Part shown: positions 10,170-19,520 of the stretch, one piece after another | How the letters are laid out: each line of letters opens with the position of its first letter | How positions within the stretch are numbered: the first letter of the stretch is position 1 | Assembly: GCA_013151965.1 (NCBI GenBank) | Contig: JAADHF010000132.1 | Location: 10,412-74,411 of the forward strand | Source: Spirochaetota bacterium | Lineage (GTDB): Bacteria > Spirochaetota > Spirochaetia > SZUA-6 | DNA: 64,000 nt | Direction: 5' to 3' | The notes under the pieces: model-generated | The model's database searches: none | What the model was told of the DNA's origin: nothing | What the model saw: the letters and a program-made list of their open reading frames with translations, nothing else | Position numbers and translations under genes: made by a program

Positions 10170-10889
10170 TTATTCTCCAAACATTTTTATTTCGGCTTCA
10201 CTTTTTCTTATATAGAGAGGGGCAAGGACAGCAGGATTATTCCCTCCTGTTTCCTTAAAGCGTTCTTCACCGATGTTAAGCAGTGTATAAGCATCGGCAA
10301 ATCGAAAACCTCTGTCCATTGCCGTATTGTCATGCTGTAAATTATCTCTTAAATAACGGTATATTATATCACAATCCGGACCGGTTAACAGCAGACGGGA
10401 TTGATATTCGGGGTATTTCTGCTCTGATTTGTATATCTTCTGCAGCTTTTCGAAATTTATAAAAAAATCAGCTGCAGTTACATCAAGATAATCCGTTAAA
10501 CGTTTATTACTATTATAGAAAGCGGTATAGAATCTGTTTTTTTTTGCATTGATTACAGGTGCAACGATTCCTTCGAAAAAGTCGAAACGGCCGGCCAGAT
10601 AATCCAGAGTGGATACCCCGACAAGAGCACTTCCGGAACCCATTACAATTCCTTTGGCTGTTGAAAGACCGATGCGAAGGCCGGTAAAAGAGCCCGGTCC
10701 GACAGAACATACTACTAAAGACAGGGACTGTGCATCGATTCCTGCTTCTTTTAATAATCTGTCGATCCAGGGCAGAAGCGTTTCGGAGTGTTTAAGTCCG
10801 ATTTTAAGCGAAACGGTGAGTATCTTATTATCCGCACGAAGAGCAATGGATATGGTTTCCGATGATGTATCAATGGCCAGGGTGTTCAA
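10170..10889 (-). CDS. tsaB: tRNA t6A biosynthesis protein TsaB
   Basis: LAIDTS, HSE.L, GPGSFTGLRIG, PLYIRKSEAE. Confidence 0.95.
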   Translation of the reverse strand: MNTLAIDTSSETISIALRADNKILTVSLKIGLKHSETLLPWIDRLLKEAGIDAQSLSLVVCSVGPGSFTGLRIGLSTAKGIVMGSGSALVGVSTLDYLAGRFDFFEGIVAPVINAKKNRFYTAFYNSNKRLTDYLDVTAADFFINFEKLQKIYKSEQKYPEYQSRLLLTGPDCDIIYRYLRDNLQHDNTAMDRGFRFADAYTLLNIGEERFKETGGNNPAVLAPLYIRKSEAEIKMFGE

Positions 10890-11308
10890 TTACTCATTTC
10901 CGTAATACTTATAATACGTTTTTGATCTCTCTCTATCTTAAAATTAATCGTTATTGTCTCTTCGGGTAAAAGCCCGGCTGCCTTTTCGCCCCATTCTATC
11001 ACAGTTATTGCGCCGGAATAAAGTATGTCCTCCAGTCCGAGTTGTTCGAATTCATCCGGATGATTTATTCTGTACAGATCAATATGATAAAGTTCTTTAT
11101 CTCCGTGATAATTGGATATGATGGTAAAACTCGGACTTGTGATTTCCTCATCAATATTAAGACCCTTTCCGATACCCTTTACAAGAACCGTTTTACCGCA
11201 GCCTAATGGTCCGGTCAGGGTAATGACCGTTCCTTCCCGCAGATTCCGCGCTATCTTCTCTCCTATTCTTATTGTTGCTTCAGGGCTTGTACTGGTAAAT
11301 ACTGTCAT
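10886..11308 (-). CDS. tsaE: tRNA t6A biosynthesis ATPase TsaE
   Basis: GPLGCGKT P-loop, TSPSFTI, HIDLYR, IEWGE. Confidence 0.95.
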   Translation of the reverse strand: MTVFTSTSPEATIRIGEKIARNLREGTVITLTGPLGCGKTVLVKGIGKGLNIDEEITSPSFTIISNYHGDKELYHIDLYRINHPDEFEQLGLEDILYSGAITVIEWGEKAAGLLPEETITINFKIERDQKRIISITEMSN

Positions 11309-11418
11309 ATTCTAATAATACTGCTTGAATACTTAATTATTATACAGGTTCAAATATAGATATAAAAAAGGCTGAGGGTCAACCGCCTTATGCCTGTTAT
11401 GCATAATAAAATATAGTT

Positions 11419-12540
11419 TTAATATATGAGGTTCTTTGCAAGATTGGCAGGAGGAGTATAATTGTAAACATAGGAATATATCTCATTTAAATTTTTACCC
11501 GAAACTCTGGTAAACATGACATGCATAATTCCTCCCCGTATCTCTTCTTTTCTTACTCTCCTTACTTTCCCGAAAGCAGTAATGGGAAGTTTTCGGTCGA
11601 TATCAAATTCAATTTTAACAAGAGACCCTCTATTAAGCGGCGTAAGAGTTCTAATGCTGCAGCCTCCGGCTGATATGTCGATTATCGTTCCGAGAATTCT
11701 CTGATTATTCTGCACGACAGCTCTCTTTTTAGCCCTTCTGCCTTCGCCGAGTTCTATAATTTTAATAGGAAAAAAGAAACACGGCCTTTCAAGAGGTTTG
11801 CGCCTGAATTTTCTCTGCTGTTCGCGTCTTAATGTTTTGGAGTGCTGGATAAAAACTGCCGGCTGTCCTTTTATTGCATCATAACCCAGAACCTTTGTAA
11901 GAAAAGAATAGCCGGCATCATGTTCTCTCCAGAAAATGACTTTTAATTTTGTTCCACGTTTCCACCTTAATTCCCCGCCTGATCCGTCCTTTGCTATGGT
12001 GCAGGCTAGCATATCCCTGAGATTGGATAGAACTTTACCGGGATACTGGCCCCCGTGTTCGGGAAGCATAACAACAGACTGCCCCGGTTTTACAAGGTGG
12101 GATGATTTTATCCCGATTTTATTCTTTGAATTCCGTTCTATTATCTGTTTTATCTGAAAAAGCTGGCTTATATTTTTCTCTTTGGTTTCCTCATTAGTAT
12201 TCTTTCGTCTCTGGAGTGAGTAAAGCCCCTTTTTAAGGACATCGTCTAAAAGACCGGCACTCGAAAAAACAAGCATAGGCTGTTTAACTTTTGTTGCCTT
12301 TACAAGGTGTTCTAAAATTTCAATATGAGATTTCTGCAGCCCCATACTCCTGGCCATTTGCTTAAATATATATCTACTGTATCTCTTTCTCTGCGCCGGT
12401 GTTTTACTGGTTTTTTTCGCTGAAATAAAATTACCTATAAAAAGAAGAATAACGAAAACAGCAACGACTATGGCAAAGATCCACATCGACTTTGTATCCG
12501 GTGTGGCAAGAAACTTGTATTTTGTTACCAGTAGAATCAT
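11419..12540 (-). CDS. Membrane-anchored PilZ-domain (YcgR/flagellar brake-like) c-di-GMP receptor
   Basis: N-terminal hydrophobic helix. QQRKFRR (RxxxR) and DISAGG (DxSxxG) motifs. Confidence 0.82.
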   Translation of the reverse strand: MILLVTKYKFLATPDTKSMWIFAIVVAVFVILLFIGNFISAKKTSKTPAQRKRYSRYIFKQMARSMGLQKSHIEILEHLVKATKVKQPMLVFSSAGLLDDVLKKGLYSLQRRKNTNEETKEKNISQLFQIKQIIERNSKNKIGIKSSHLVKPGQSVVMLPEHGGQYPGKVLSNLRDMLACTIAKDGSGGELRWKRGTKLKVIFWREHDAGYSFLTKVLGYDAIKGQPAVFIQHSKTLRREQQRKFRRKPLERPCFFFPIKIIELGEGRRAKKRAVVQNNQRILGTIIDISAGGCSIRTLTPLNRGSLVKIEFDIDRKLPITAFGKVRRVRKEEIRGGIMHVMFTRVSGKNLNEIYSYVYNYTPPANLAKNLIY

Positions 12541-12557
12541 AATATACCTCTTGACAT

Positions 12558-13448
12558 TTAATGGAATTTACCGGAAAGTCTTGTCAATATTTCTATCCGC
12601 GGAGCTATTTCGTACTCTAACAGATCTCCGATAAGTACGGAGTCCCGAGCATTGAATGCGTCTAAAAGTTGACTGAGAATATCTCTTAATTCATGGTAGA
12701 AATCCATACTCTTTTTTCCTTCTATCATAAGGTTACTGAATTCTAATTTACCATAATCTCCTAAAGCAGTAAGGATTCTGAAAAACCGTTGTGTTAAGTC
12801 TGAAAATCTTACGACATACTCCATGGCCTGTCTGTCTTTGCCTGATTGAAGTAGAACGGATACCTCGCTTATTTCGGACGCAGAGGCATGAAGTTTACCG
12901 GTTATTTCATGTATTGCATCCTCCGGGTATTGTATTTCCCGTAATGCATCGGTAACTTTTATTTTAATATTATCTGTCAGTTTTGTAATTTCCTCTTTTT
13001 TTTCTTCTGTTAGATTCTTTAGTTCATCTGCAGACAGCTTCCTTATTATTTCAGAAAAAGAAGAAGTATCATTATCGATTATGTAATTGCCGGAAAGGCT
13101 TTCGAGCATAAAAGGAAATCCTGTTAAGAGTTCCTTAAACATTTTTTTATCCCCGGATAGAATCGAACCGGAAAACATCCCGAGATACCGGATTACCGTT
13201 TCCAGATTGGATATTCGCAGTTCACTGACATGATTGACCTTTATATCGATACAATTAATACCTTTTAGCGGTGTCTTTTGCCAGTCTGTCTGTTCTGCGA
13301 TTTTTATCTCTTTATCATCGAGTGTCAGTGAGATCATAACAAACCCGGAACTGTGAATCCAGTTCTGTATTACATTGATAATATCACCGAGTGTTTTCTC
13401 ATCTTCGAGCTGAAAATCAATTTTTTCTTTGTTTATTTTTATTTCCAT
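12558..13448 (-). CDS. Conserved flagellar-locus hypothetical protein
   Basis: Long helical ORF overlapping the fliD stop by 1 nt. C-terminal DSVLIGDLLEYEI. Confidence 0.6.
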   Translation of the reverse strand: MEIKINKEKIDFQLEDEKTLGDIINVIQNWIHSSGFVMISLTLDDKEIKIAEQTDWQKTPLKGINCIDIKVNHVSELRISNLETVIRYLGMFSGSILSGDKKMFKELLTGFPFMLESLSGNYIIDNDTSSFSEIIRKLSADELKNLTEEKKEEITKLTDNIKIKVTDALREIQYPEDAIHEITGKLHASASEISEVSVLLQSGKDRQAMEYVVRFSDLTQRFFRILTALGDYGKLEFSNLMIEGKKSMDFYHELRDILSQLLDAFNARDSVLIGDLLEYEIAPRIEILTRLSGKFH

Positions 13449-15475
13449 TACCGTCTATTGTTACTCCCTCCAAGATTTTCCAGTGCTTTTGAGTTTTTTT
13501 CAAGTGCCTGCAATGCTCCCTCCATTTTACCGTATTTATATTTTAAATCCGCTTCGTACTTTTTAAGATGATCCTCGTAATTATTAATGTCCCTGTTTTT
13601 TCGTGAGATCTGACCGTCTAAAGTGGTAAGATGTGCGGCAATAATTCCTCCTATTGTGACATAGGGATTTAATAATCTGTCCAGAGAGTAGGCAGCTCCA
13701 CTGTCTATTATAAGATCCCCGTCCGTATCATTACCGAAAAGTTCTTTTATCCAGCCGGCATGGGCTGCTATTTGATCGTCCAGCCGGGCCTCATCTATTT
13801 CCAGGTAACCCCGCAGCCTCGTTTTGTCGACGGAAGCCACTTCGCCCGGTTTTCTTGTATCGGTAGAGATGCCTATCTGGGCCAGGAGAGACATATTTCT
13901 GCCTCCGTCCGTGCGGTAAGGATTCATCATAACTCTCTGGAGACTGTCTTTTAACTGATACATTGTAAGACTGCCTGCAAATATTCCGAGTTTCTTTCTA
14001 TATGCATTCCTCTCTTCATCCGTTAGATACTTTGCATCTTCAATAACGGATTTATCACGCCGGGACACAACATCTATCTCTGTAATTACCTGATTGTAAT
14101 GCCCGACAAGAGCAACAATTGAATTCTTTATGGCTTCCTTGTCTTTTTCTACTTTGATTGTAACAGGTTTGTCGCTTTTTGAAAGCAGTGTTATGTTAAC
14201 ACCCGGAAGAAGATCGTCGATATTATTTGAATCACGCTTAATCTTTATGCCGTCCATAATTAATTCCGCATCTCCTGCCTCGGATATCGGATGGGAGGGT
14301 ATGTATTTCCCCCGTGAGGTTTTATCGAAGATTTTAATATTTTTTACTACAATTATTCTGTTTGTATTTCTGTTTTTAATATTAATAGAATCTATGGTGT
14401 TGGAAATGGCACCGATGTCGGCTTCGTAGCTCTTAAAATCTTTGGAATCTTCAATTTTATTTAAGGGATGAATTTTTCCGTTAGAATTGAAAAAGAGAAC
14501 CTGCATATCATCGATTCTCTTTGCGGGGACGGGCGGTTTCCATTGGGGAAGGATAACCCTGGATTTTTCGTTTTTTACCTTTATTCCTTTAAAGTTTATT
14601 TCTCCGGTATCCGGCAGTGACGGACCGGGAGGAGGCTTTGTTTCCTCACTCTTTTTCTCGGGTATTATTTCCGTTTTTAATTGAAACTGCAGAACCATAT
14701 TTTTATTCAGATTAAAGGAGGGGGTAACAGGTATTTTAAGCTCACCGGCCGGATTAACGGTTAATGTGCCGTCGGATATCGAGTAGGAATCCGATTTTAA
14801 TGCACTTTTCCATGATGTGACGGAATATTTGGTAAGAGGAATATCCCGCTCCGTTACTCCTGTCCTTTTAAGTATTCCGGACTTTAATCCGAAATCCACC
14901 GCTTTATCGAGAAAGAGGAGCTTTTTTTTTCTGCCGGTTTTTTGTGATTCCACAGCGATAATCCTGGTGCCGGGTGTATCACTTATAATCTGGGCTTTTA
15001 CAAGATTACGGCTTTTTCTGTTAAGAATTTCGGCGAAGTCTTTAAGAGAACCGCCTTTAAATGTAAAGTTAATACTTTTTTCTCCGACTTTAAATCCGTA
15101 CTTCCCTGCCGGTACTTTAAAATCTTTCGGAAGTGATTCGGAGATAAAACGGTCGGCGGCTGCGATTCGCTTAACCAGAATTTTTTTGTTTTCTTCCAGT
15201 GCTTTTCTTGTTGCTGTAGCTTTCAGAACATTATTGTCGGAAGATTTTGCAATTTTTTCTTTAAAAGGGTTCTGAAAACCAAAGAGTTCCTTTGCACTGT
15301 CACGGAGCGTGGATAGTTTTCGGTTTAAATCCCGCCATACACTTTTCTGTTTCTTAAGTATATCACGGTTTTTCTCCATCCTTTTAAGCGGTAGCTTCTC
15401 TACATTAACCAAGCCTTTTATTATTTTATCGGTGTTATATTTGTTTGTTACGCCGGGGATGGAAATATCAGACAT
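13448..15475 (-). CDS. fliD: Flagellar filament cap protein FliD
   Basis: MSDISIPGV...IIKGLVNVEKLP N-terminus, SNNIDDLLPGVNITL, LAQIGIST and C-terminal coiled coil. Confidence 0.95.
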   Translation of the reverse strand: MSDISIPGVTNKYNTDKIIKGLVNVEKLPLKRMEKNRDILKKQKSVWRDLNRKLSTLRDSAKELFGFQNPFKEKIAKSSDNNVLKATATRKALEENKKILVKRIAAADRFISESLPKDFKVPAGKYGFKVGEKSINFTFKGGSLKDFAEILNRKSRNLVKAQIISDTPGTRIIAVESQKTGRKKKLLFLDKAVDFGLKSGILKRTGVTERDIPLTKYSVTSWKSALKSDSYSISDGTLTVNPAGELKIPVTPSFNLNKNMVLQFQLKTEIIPEKKSEETKPPPGPSLPDTGEINFKGIKVKNEKSRVILPQWKPPVPAKRIDDMQVLFFNSNGKIHPLNKIEDSKDFKSYEADIGAISNTIDSINIKNRNTNRIIVVKNIKIFDKTSRGKYIPSHPISEAGDAELIMDGIKIKRDSNNIDDLLPGVNITLLSKSDKPVTIKVEKDKEAIKNSIVALVGHYNQVITEIDVVSRRDKSVIEDAKYLTDEERNAYRKKLGIFAGSLTMYQLKDSLQRVMMNPYRTDGGRNMSLLAQIGISTDTRKPGEVASVDKTRLRGYLEIDEARLDDQIAAHAGWIKELFGNDTDGDLIIDSGAAYSLDRLLNPYVTIGGIIAAHLTTLDGQISRKNRDINNYEDHLKKYEADLKYKYGKMEGALQALEKNSKALENLGGSNNRR

Positions 15476-15574
15476 GAGTAATTTTTAAGGCCCCTCCCTG
15501 GTTGGTTTACTATCGCCTGCATCAACTTTTACCGGTCATGTAAAAGGAGAATGCCGGATTCAGGATAGATTTTG

Positions 15575-15919
15575 TTATATCTCCTTATCCACAAGCACGC
15601 CGATAGTTTCCCTTATTCGGGCAATCAGATGCTGAATTTCTTCGGGTGGTATCTCCCTGATAACTTTATCGGTTGTTCTGTCGATCACCTTTATAATTAC
15701 GCGGTTTATCTCTCTGTTGACATATAATTTGAGTCTTTTGTTAAAGATAGAGGAAGTGCGTTCCAGCTTGTCGATTGCATCCCTTATCTGTTCGTTTGTA
15801 ATTGTCTTTACCTGGGATATGATTTGACCTTTATCCTGTTTCGCTGAAGTTTCGTGTTCTTTTTGAATTAAATCCGGCGGTATGCCCGATTTAAGGATTC
15901 CCGGAATTTCCAAAGACAT
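15575..15919 (-). CDS. flaG: Flagellar protein FlaG
   Basis: IIKVIDRTTDKVIREIPPEE motif. Lies between flagellin and fliD. Confidence 0.92.
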   Translation of the reverse strand: MSLEIPGILKSGIPPDLIQKEHETSAKQDKGQIISQVKTITNEQIRDAIDKLERTSSIFNKRLKLYVNREINRVIIKVIDRTTDKVIREIPPEEIQHLIARIRETIGVLVDKEI

Positions 15920-15939
15920 AATAGAACCTCCATGTTAAT

Positions 15940-15968
15940 AAAAGGATAGGGGAGGGCGCGTCCTCCCC
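15940..15968 (-). terminator. GC-rich hairpin (likely terminator/attenuator) between flagellin and flaG
   Basis: Minus strand GGGGAGG-acgcgc-CCTCCCC followed by TATCCTTTT. Confidence 0.5.
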
Positions 15969-16048
15969 CTCCTATTCACTCTTGGTAAAAAGATGACGTC
16001 CAGTTACCTCTTTACCTGGGAACGGAGTGCTTTTTTACATCCAAACTG

Positions 16049-16915
16049 TTACCCAAAAAGCTGAAGTACGGATTGAGGCCGCATGTTCGCCTGAGCGAGC
16101 ATCGCCGTACCAGCCCGAACCAGAATCTGATTCTTTACGTAATCTACCATTTGAGTTGCTATATCCGTATCGCGAATCTGTGATTCAGCGGCCTGCATAT
16201 TTTCCGCAGCTACCGCCACACCCTTTGCCGCCATTTGGAAACGGTTCTGATAAGCGCCGAGATCTGCTCTCTGTTTGGAAACAATCCTCATTGCCGTATC
16301 GACCATACCGATAGCCCTATTTGCTGCTTCAGGTGTGGAAATGGAAACCATTCCCTGTGCGGCACCCTGTGCTCCCTGTAATCCGAGAGCCTCTGCTGTC
16401 ATTGTCCCGATATAGATTCTCTCATTTTGGTCCATATTCGCTCCTACCTGGAAGAACATCTTTCTTACATCCGTTCCCCCCTGAGCAGGATTGGCAAATG
16501 AACCGGTTAGAATATTCATGCCGTTAAACTGGGCATGTGATGCTATTCTGTTGATCTCGTCAACCAGCTGAGAAACTTCCACCTGAATCTGCATTCTGTC
16601 TTCATCCGAATAAATACCGTTAGCAGACTGTACGGCAAGGTCTCTTAATCTGTGCAGGATATCCTGTGTTTCTCCAAGATACCCCTCCGAGGTCTGAATA
16701 AAGGAAACTGCGTTCTCGATATTCTTTTCCGCCTGATTTAAGCCCCTTATTTGAGATCTGAGCTTTTCAGACACTGCCAGACCGGAAGCATCGTCGCCGG
16801 CTTTATTAATTCTTTCGCCGGATGCGAGTTTTTCTATATCGCTGTTCAGGTCTATTTCCTTGAACTTTAGTATCCTGTTCGCGTACAGAGCACTCATGTT
16901 ATGGTTTATAATCAT
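16049..16915 (-). CDS. flaB: Flagellin FlaB (downstream copy)
   Basis: Start reset to MIINHNMSA at 16915 (AAGGAGG RBS). [13 protein letters not shown] and [11 protein letters not shown]. Confidence 0.96.
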   Translation of the reverse strand: MIINHNMSALYANRILKFKEIDLNSDIEKLASGERINKAGDDASGLAVSEKLRSQIRGLNQAEKNIENAVSFIQTSEGYLGETQDILHRLRDLAVQSANGIYSDEDRMQIQVEVSQLVDEINRIASHAQFNGMNILTGSFANPAQGGTDVRKMFFQVGANMDQNERIYIGTMTAEALGLQGAQGAAQGMVSISTPEAANRAIGMVDTAMRIVSKQRADLGAYQNRFQMAAKGVAVAAENMQAAESQIRDTDIATQMVDYVKNQILVRAGTAMLAQANMRPQSVLQLFG

Positions 16916-16937
16916 TTCACCCTCCTTGATATGTATT

Positions 16938-16960
16938 GGAAAAGCAATCCTTGCCTTTCC
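16938..16960 (-). promoter_or_regulatory. Putative CsrA-binding hairpin in the downstream flaB leader
   Basis: mRNA GGAAAGGCA-AGGAU-UGCUUUUCC: AAGGA at the apex of a ~10 bp stem. A second AAGGAG overlaps the RBS. Confidence 0.7.
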
Positions 16961-17172
16961 GTTTTTAGATGCCATGGGGGTATGTTAACCAGAAGCTACC
17001 GCGCTTACTACCTTCTGCTCCGTTCCCTGTTACCCCCGGGCAGAGAGATCCACCCCGACTCAGACCGATATACGGTCATTATACTGTCGGGGTATCCCTT
17101 TTGCCCTGGCACCTCTCTGGAGGATGTACTTTTCAAAGAACACAACGGAGTGTTTAATTATATTCTAATACT

Positions 17173-18033
17173 CTAACGTAATAATTGCAATACGCCCTGC
17201 GGTTTTGTGTTAGCCTGGGCAAGCATAGCGGTTGCTACACGTACCAGAATGCTGTTCTTGGTATATTTTACCATTTCCGATGCCATATCGACGTCTCTGA
17301 TTCTTGATTCGGCAGCCTGAAGATTCTCCGCACCGATAGCTATACCTTTGGTTGCATATTCCAGGCGGTTCTGATAAGCACCGAGGTCGGCTCTCTGTTT
17401 GTTAATGGATTTTAACGCCGTATCCAGCGTCCCGATGGCTCTGTTTGCCTGATCAGGAGTCGAAAGGGACATGATTTGTTTGCTTCCCACGTCGCGTATT
17501 CCAAGAGCACCCGATGTCATGGTGCCGATGAATATTCGTTTCCGCTGATCCATATTTGCTCCGATCTGGAACCACATGGAAGCGGTTACCACGTTCTCGC
17601 CGGTTTCTCTGGCAAATCTGCCTGTAAGCAGGTTCATGCCGTTAAACTGCGCATGAGATGCGATCCTGTCCACCTCATCCACTAACTGAGAAACTTCTAC
17701 CTGTATCTGCATTCTGTCTTCGTCCGTGTATACACCGTTTGCCGATTGTACGGCAAGCTCTCTTAATCTCTGAAGAATATCCTGGCTTTCCTGCAGATAT
17801 CCTTCTGTCGTCTGAATAAAGGATATACCGTTTTCTGCATTTCGTTCGGCCTGATGCAGTCCTCTTATCTGTGATTTCATCTTTTCGGACACTGCAAGAC
17901 CGGACGCATCATCTCCGGCTCTTGTTATTCTGAGTCCGGACGATAACTTCTCCATATTCTTATCAACTTTTAAATTGTTAAATTTGAGCTGTCTCTGCGC
18001 AAAGATTGCGCTCATGTTGTGATTAATAATCAT
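17173..18033 (-). CDS. flaB: Flagellin FlaB (upstream copy)
   Basis: [48 protein letters not shown]. Confidence 0.97.
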   Translation of the reverse strand: MIINHNMSAIFAQRQLKFNNLKVDKNMEKLSSGLRITRAGDDASGLAVSEKMKSQIRGLHQAERNAENGISFIQTTEGYLQESQDILQRLRELAVQSANGVYTDEDRMQIQVEVSQLVDEVDRIASHAQFNGMNLLTGRFARETGENVVTASMWFQIGANMDQRKRIFIGTMTSGALGIRDVGSKQIMSLSTPDQANRAIGTLDTALKSINKQRADLGAYQNRLEYATKGIAIGAENLQAAESRIRDVDMASEMVKYTKNSILVRVATAMLAQANTKPQGVLQLLR

Positions 18034-18038
18034 TTTTC

Positions 18039-18080
18039 AGTTTCCTCCTTGAAACTAGTAAATTTTAGGCTTCCATGCCT
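18039..18080 (-). promoter_or_regulatory. Tandem CsrA-binding hairpins in the upstream flaB leader
   Basis: mRNA AGGC-AUGGAA-GCCU (18080-18067) and AGUUUC-AAGGAG-GAAACU (18056-18039, loop is the RBS). Both are ANGGAN hexaloops. Confidence 0.78.
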
Positions 18081-18297
18081 TTTTTGTAATGATTCTGTTT
18101 TCTTAAAACAGACTAACAGACTTATACGGCAGCCTGCCGCTTTTTAAACCTGTCTGTCTGATAACTCTTTATCATCACCTCCTTGTCTGATTTTTTTCTC
18201 TTTCTCTATTAAGGAACTTTTTAAAAAGCCGATAATAAGAAAGAGGGTAGAAAAAGGATAAATACTTTGGAGTACAATAAAACTACCCTTATTCACA

Positions 18298-18325
18298 GCA
18301 TCGGAACCCGATGATTAAATATTTA
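18298..18325 (-). promoter_or_regulatory. Putative sigma28 (FliA) promoter for flaB
   Basis: Minus strand TAAA-N16-TCCGATGC, about 265 nt upstream of the flaB ATG. Confidence 0.5.
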
Positions 18326-18373
18326 AAGGTTTTTTAGAAATTTCTTTAAAAAATAAAAAATAATAACAAAATG

Positions 18374-19486
18374 TTACTTGTGTATCATATCGATATATTT
18401 CTGTGCCATCTCGTCATTCTTATCAATTTCAAGTACTATTTTAAAATATCGTACTGCATCATTCTCTTTTCCCATTTTAAGGAGCACAATACCCATATTG
18501 GAAATAACCTTTGTATTTTCCGGTTCCATTTCTAATGCATACTGCAATTTCTTAAAGCTTTCATCCAGCTCGCCGAGTTCCATAAGACAAATAGCTAATT
18601 CATTGAGCGTATCAGGGAGCGGTTCGTGCAATTTAAGCGCTTTCTTAAAGGCTTCTTTTCCCTCGCTGTACATCCCGAGCCTCCGGTAACCCCATCCGAG
18701 TAAAAACCAGGCATTCCATACATCGTTGTATTTATCGAGAAAGATGTTGATTTTTTTAATACCTTCCTTTTCCCTGCCCGTTTTTATATCATCGAAGGCT
18801 TCTTTAAAAAGCGAATCCTGTAAGCCCGAACTGTTAATTTCATCGATAATTTTCTGTGCCTCTTTAAGTTTCTCCGGATTATTACTGTTTTCAAGAAACG
18901 ATTTAAAAAATGTTCTTGCTTTATCAAAATTGTTCCTGCGCAGATGAAAATGAGCCAGATTGTAGAGAACCCCGGGATTGGAAGGTTCCGAATTTAAAGC
19001 TCTTTTGTATGCATTAAATGCAAGTTCGAGATATTTATCGGAAAGTTCCGTTTTTTGCAGTTTATCATACTGATATGCACGGTCCTCATAGGTGAGTGCA
19101 AGGTTCAGTTTTGCAGCTGTACAGTCCGTAAAGAGTCCCTCCAAAGCCATAAATATTTCTATTGCCAGATCAAAATCTTTATTCTCCGCTTTTAAAATTC
19201 CTGCTTCTGTGAGTTCATCCTTTATATCGGGTTTAACGGCCTGTATAAAATCTCTGAAATAATCTGCGTGTTCGTGGTCCGGTCTGTATGCAAGCAGACG
19301 CAGCATTGCGGATATTATTGCTTCCCATGTTATATTTTCCGTGCTGATGTTTTCCGCTCCCGGAGGGAATTGTATGGGGAGCATTATATCCGGATTTATG
19401 GTGAAATTCCCTATCATTTCACATATGTCTTCGCTGATGGATATATAACCGATATCTGCAAGGGGGTCTCTGTTCTGGTAATTCAT
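18374..19486 (-). CDS. Tetratricopeptide repeat protein
   Basis: Repeated TPR patterns (VLYNLAHFHL, AWFLLGWGY..LG, TLNELAICL.ELG, VISNMGIVL.KMG). Confidence 0.88.
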   Translation of the reverse strand: MNYQNRDPLADIGYISISEDICEMIGNFTINPDIMLPIQFPPGAENISTENITWEAIISAMLRLLAYRPDHEHADYFRDFIQAVKPDIKDELTEAGILKAENKDFDLAIEIFMALEGLFTDCTAAKLNLALTYEDRAYQYDKLQKTELSDKYLELAFNAYKRALNSEPSNPGVLYNLAHFHLRRNNFDKARTFFKSFLENSNNPEKLKEAQKIIDEINSSGLQDSLFKEAFDDIKTGREKEGIKKINIFLDKYNDVWNAWFLLGWGYRRLGMYSEGKEAFKKALKLHEPLPDTLNELAICLMELGELDESFKKLQYALEMEPENTKVISNMGIVLLKMGKENDAVRYFKIVLEIDKNDEMAQKYIDMIHK

Positions 19487-19520
19487 AATCTGATAAATTT
19501 ATTTGGTTATATCTTTAAAG

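Noticed and set aside
16916..16975. 20-aa N-terminal extension of flagellin in the ORF track
   Set aside because: The canonical MIINHN start at 16915 has a strong RBS. The extension is the CsrA leader.
17030..17125. c-di-GMP-I or glycine riboswitch in the flaB spacer
   Set aside because: Only fragments match (AGGGCAAA; CTCTGGAG). The GAAA tetraloop/GACGCAAAG and CCGAAG/CTCTCAGG elements are missing.
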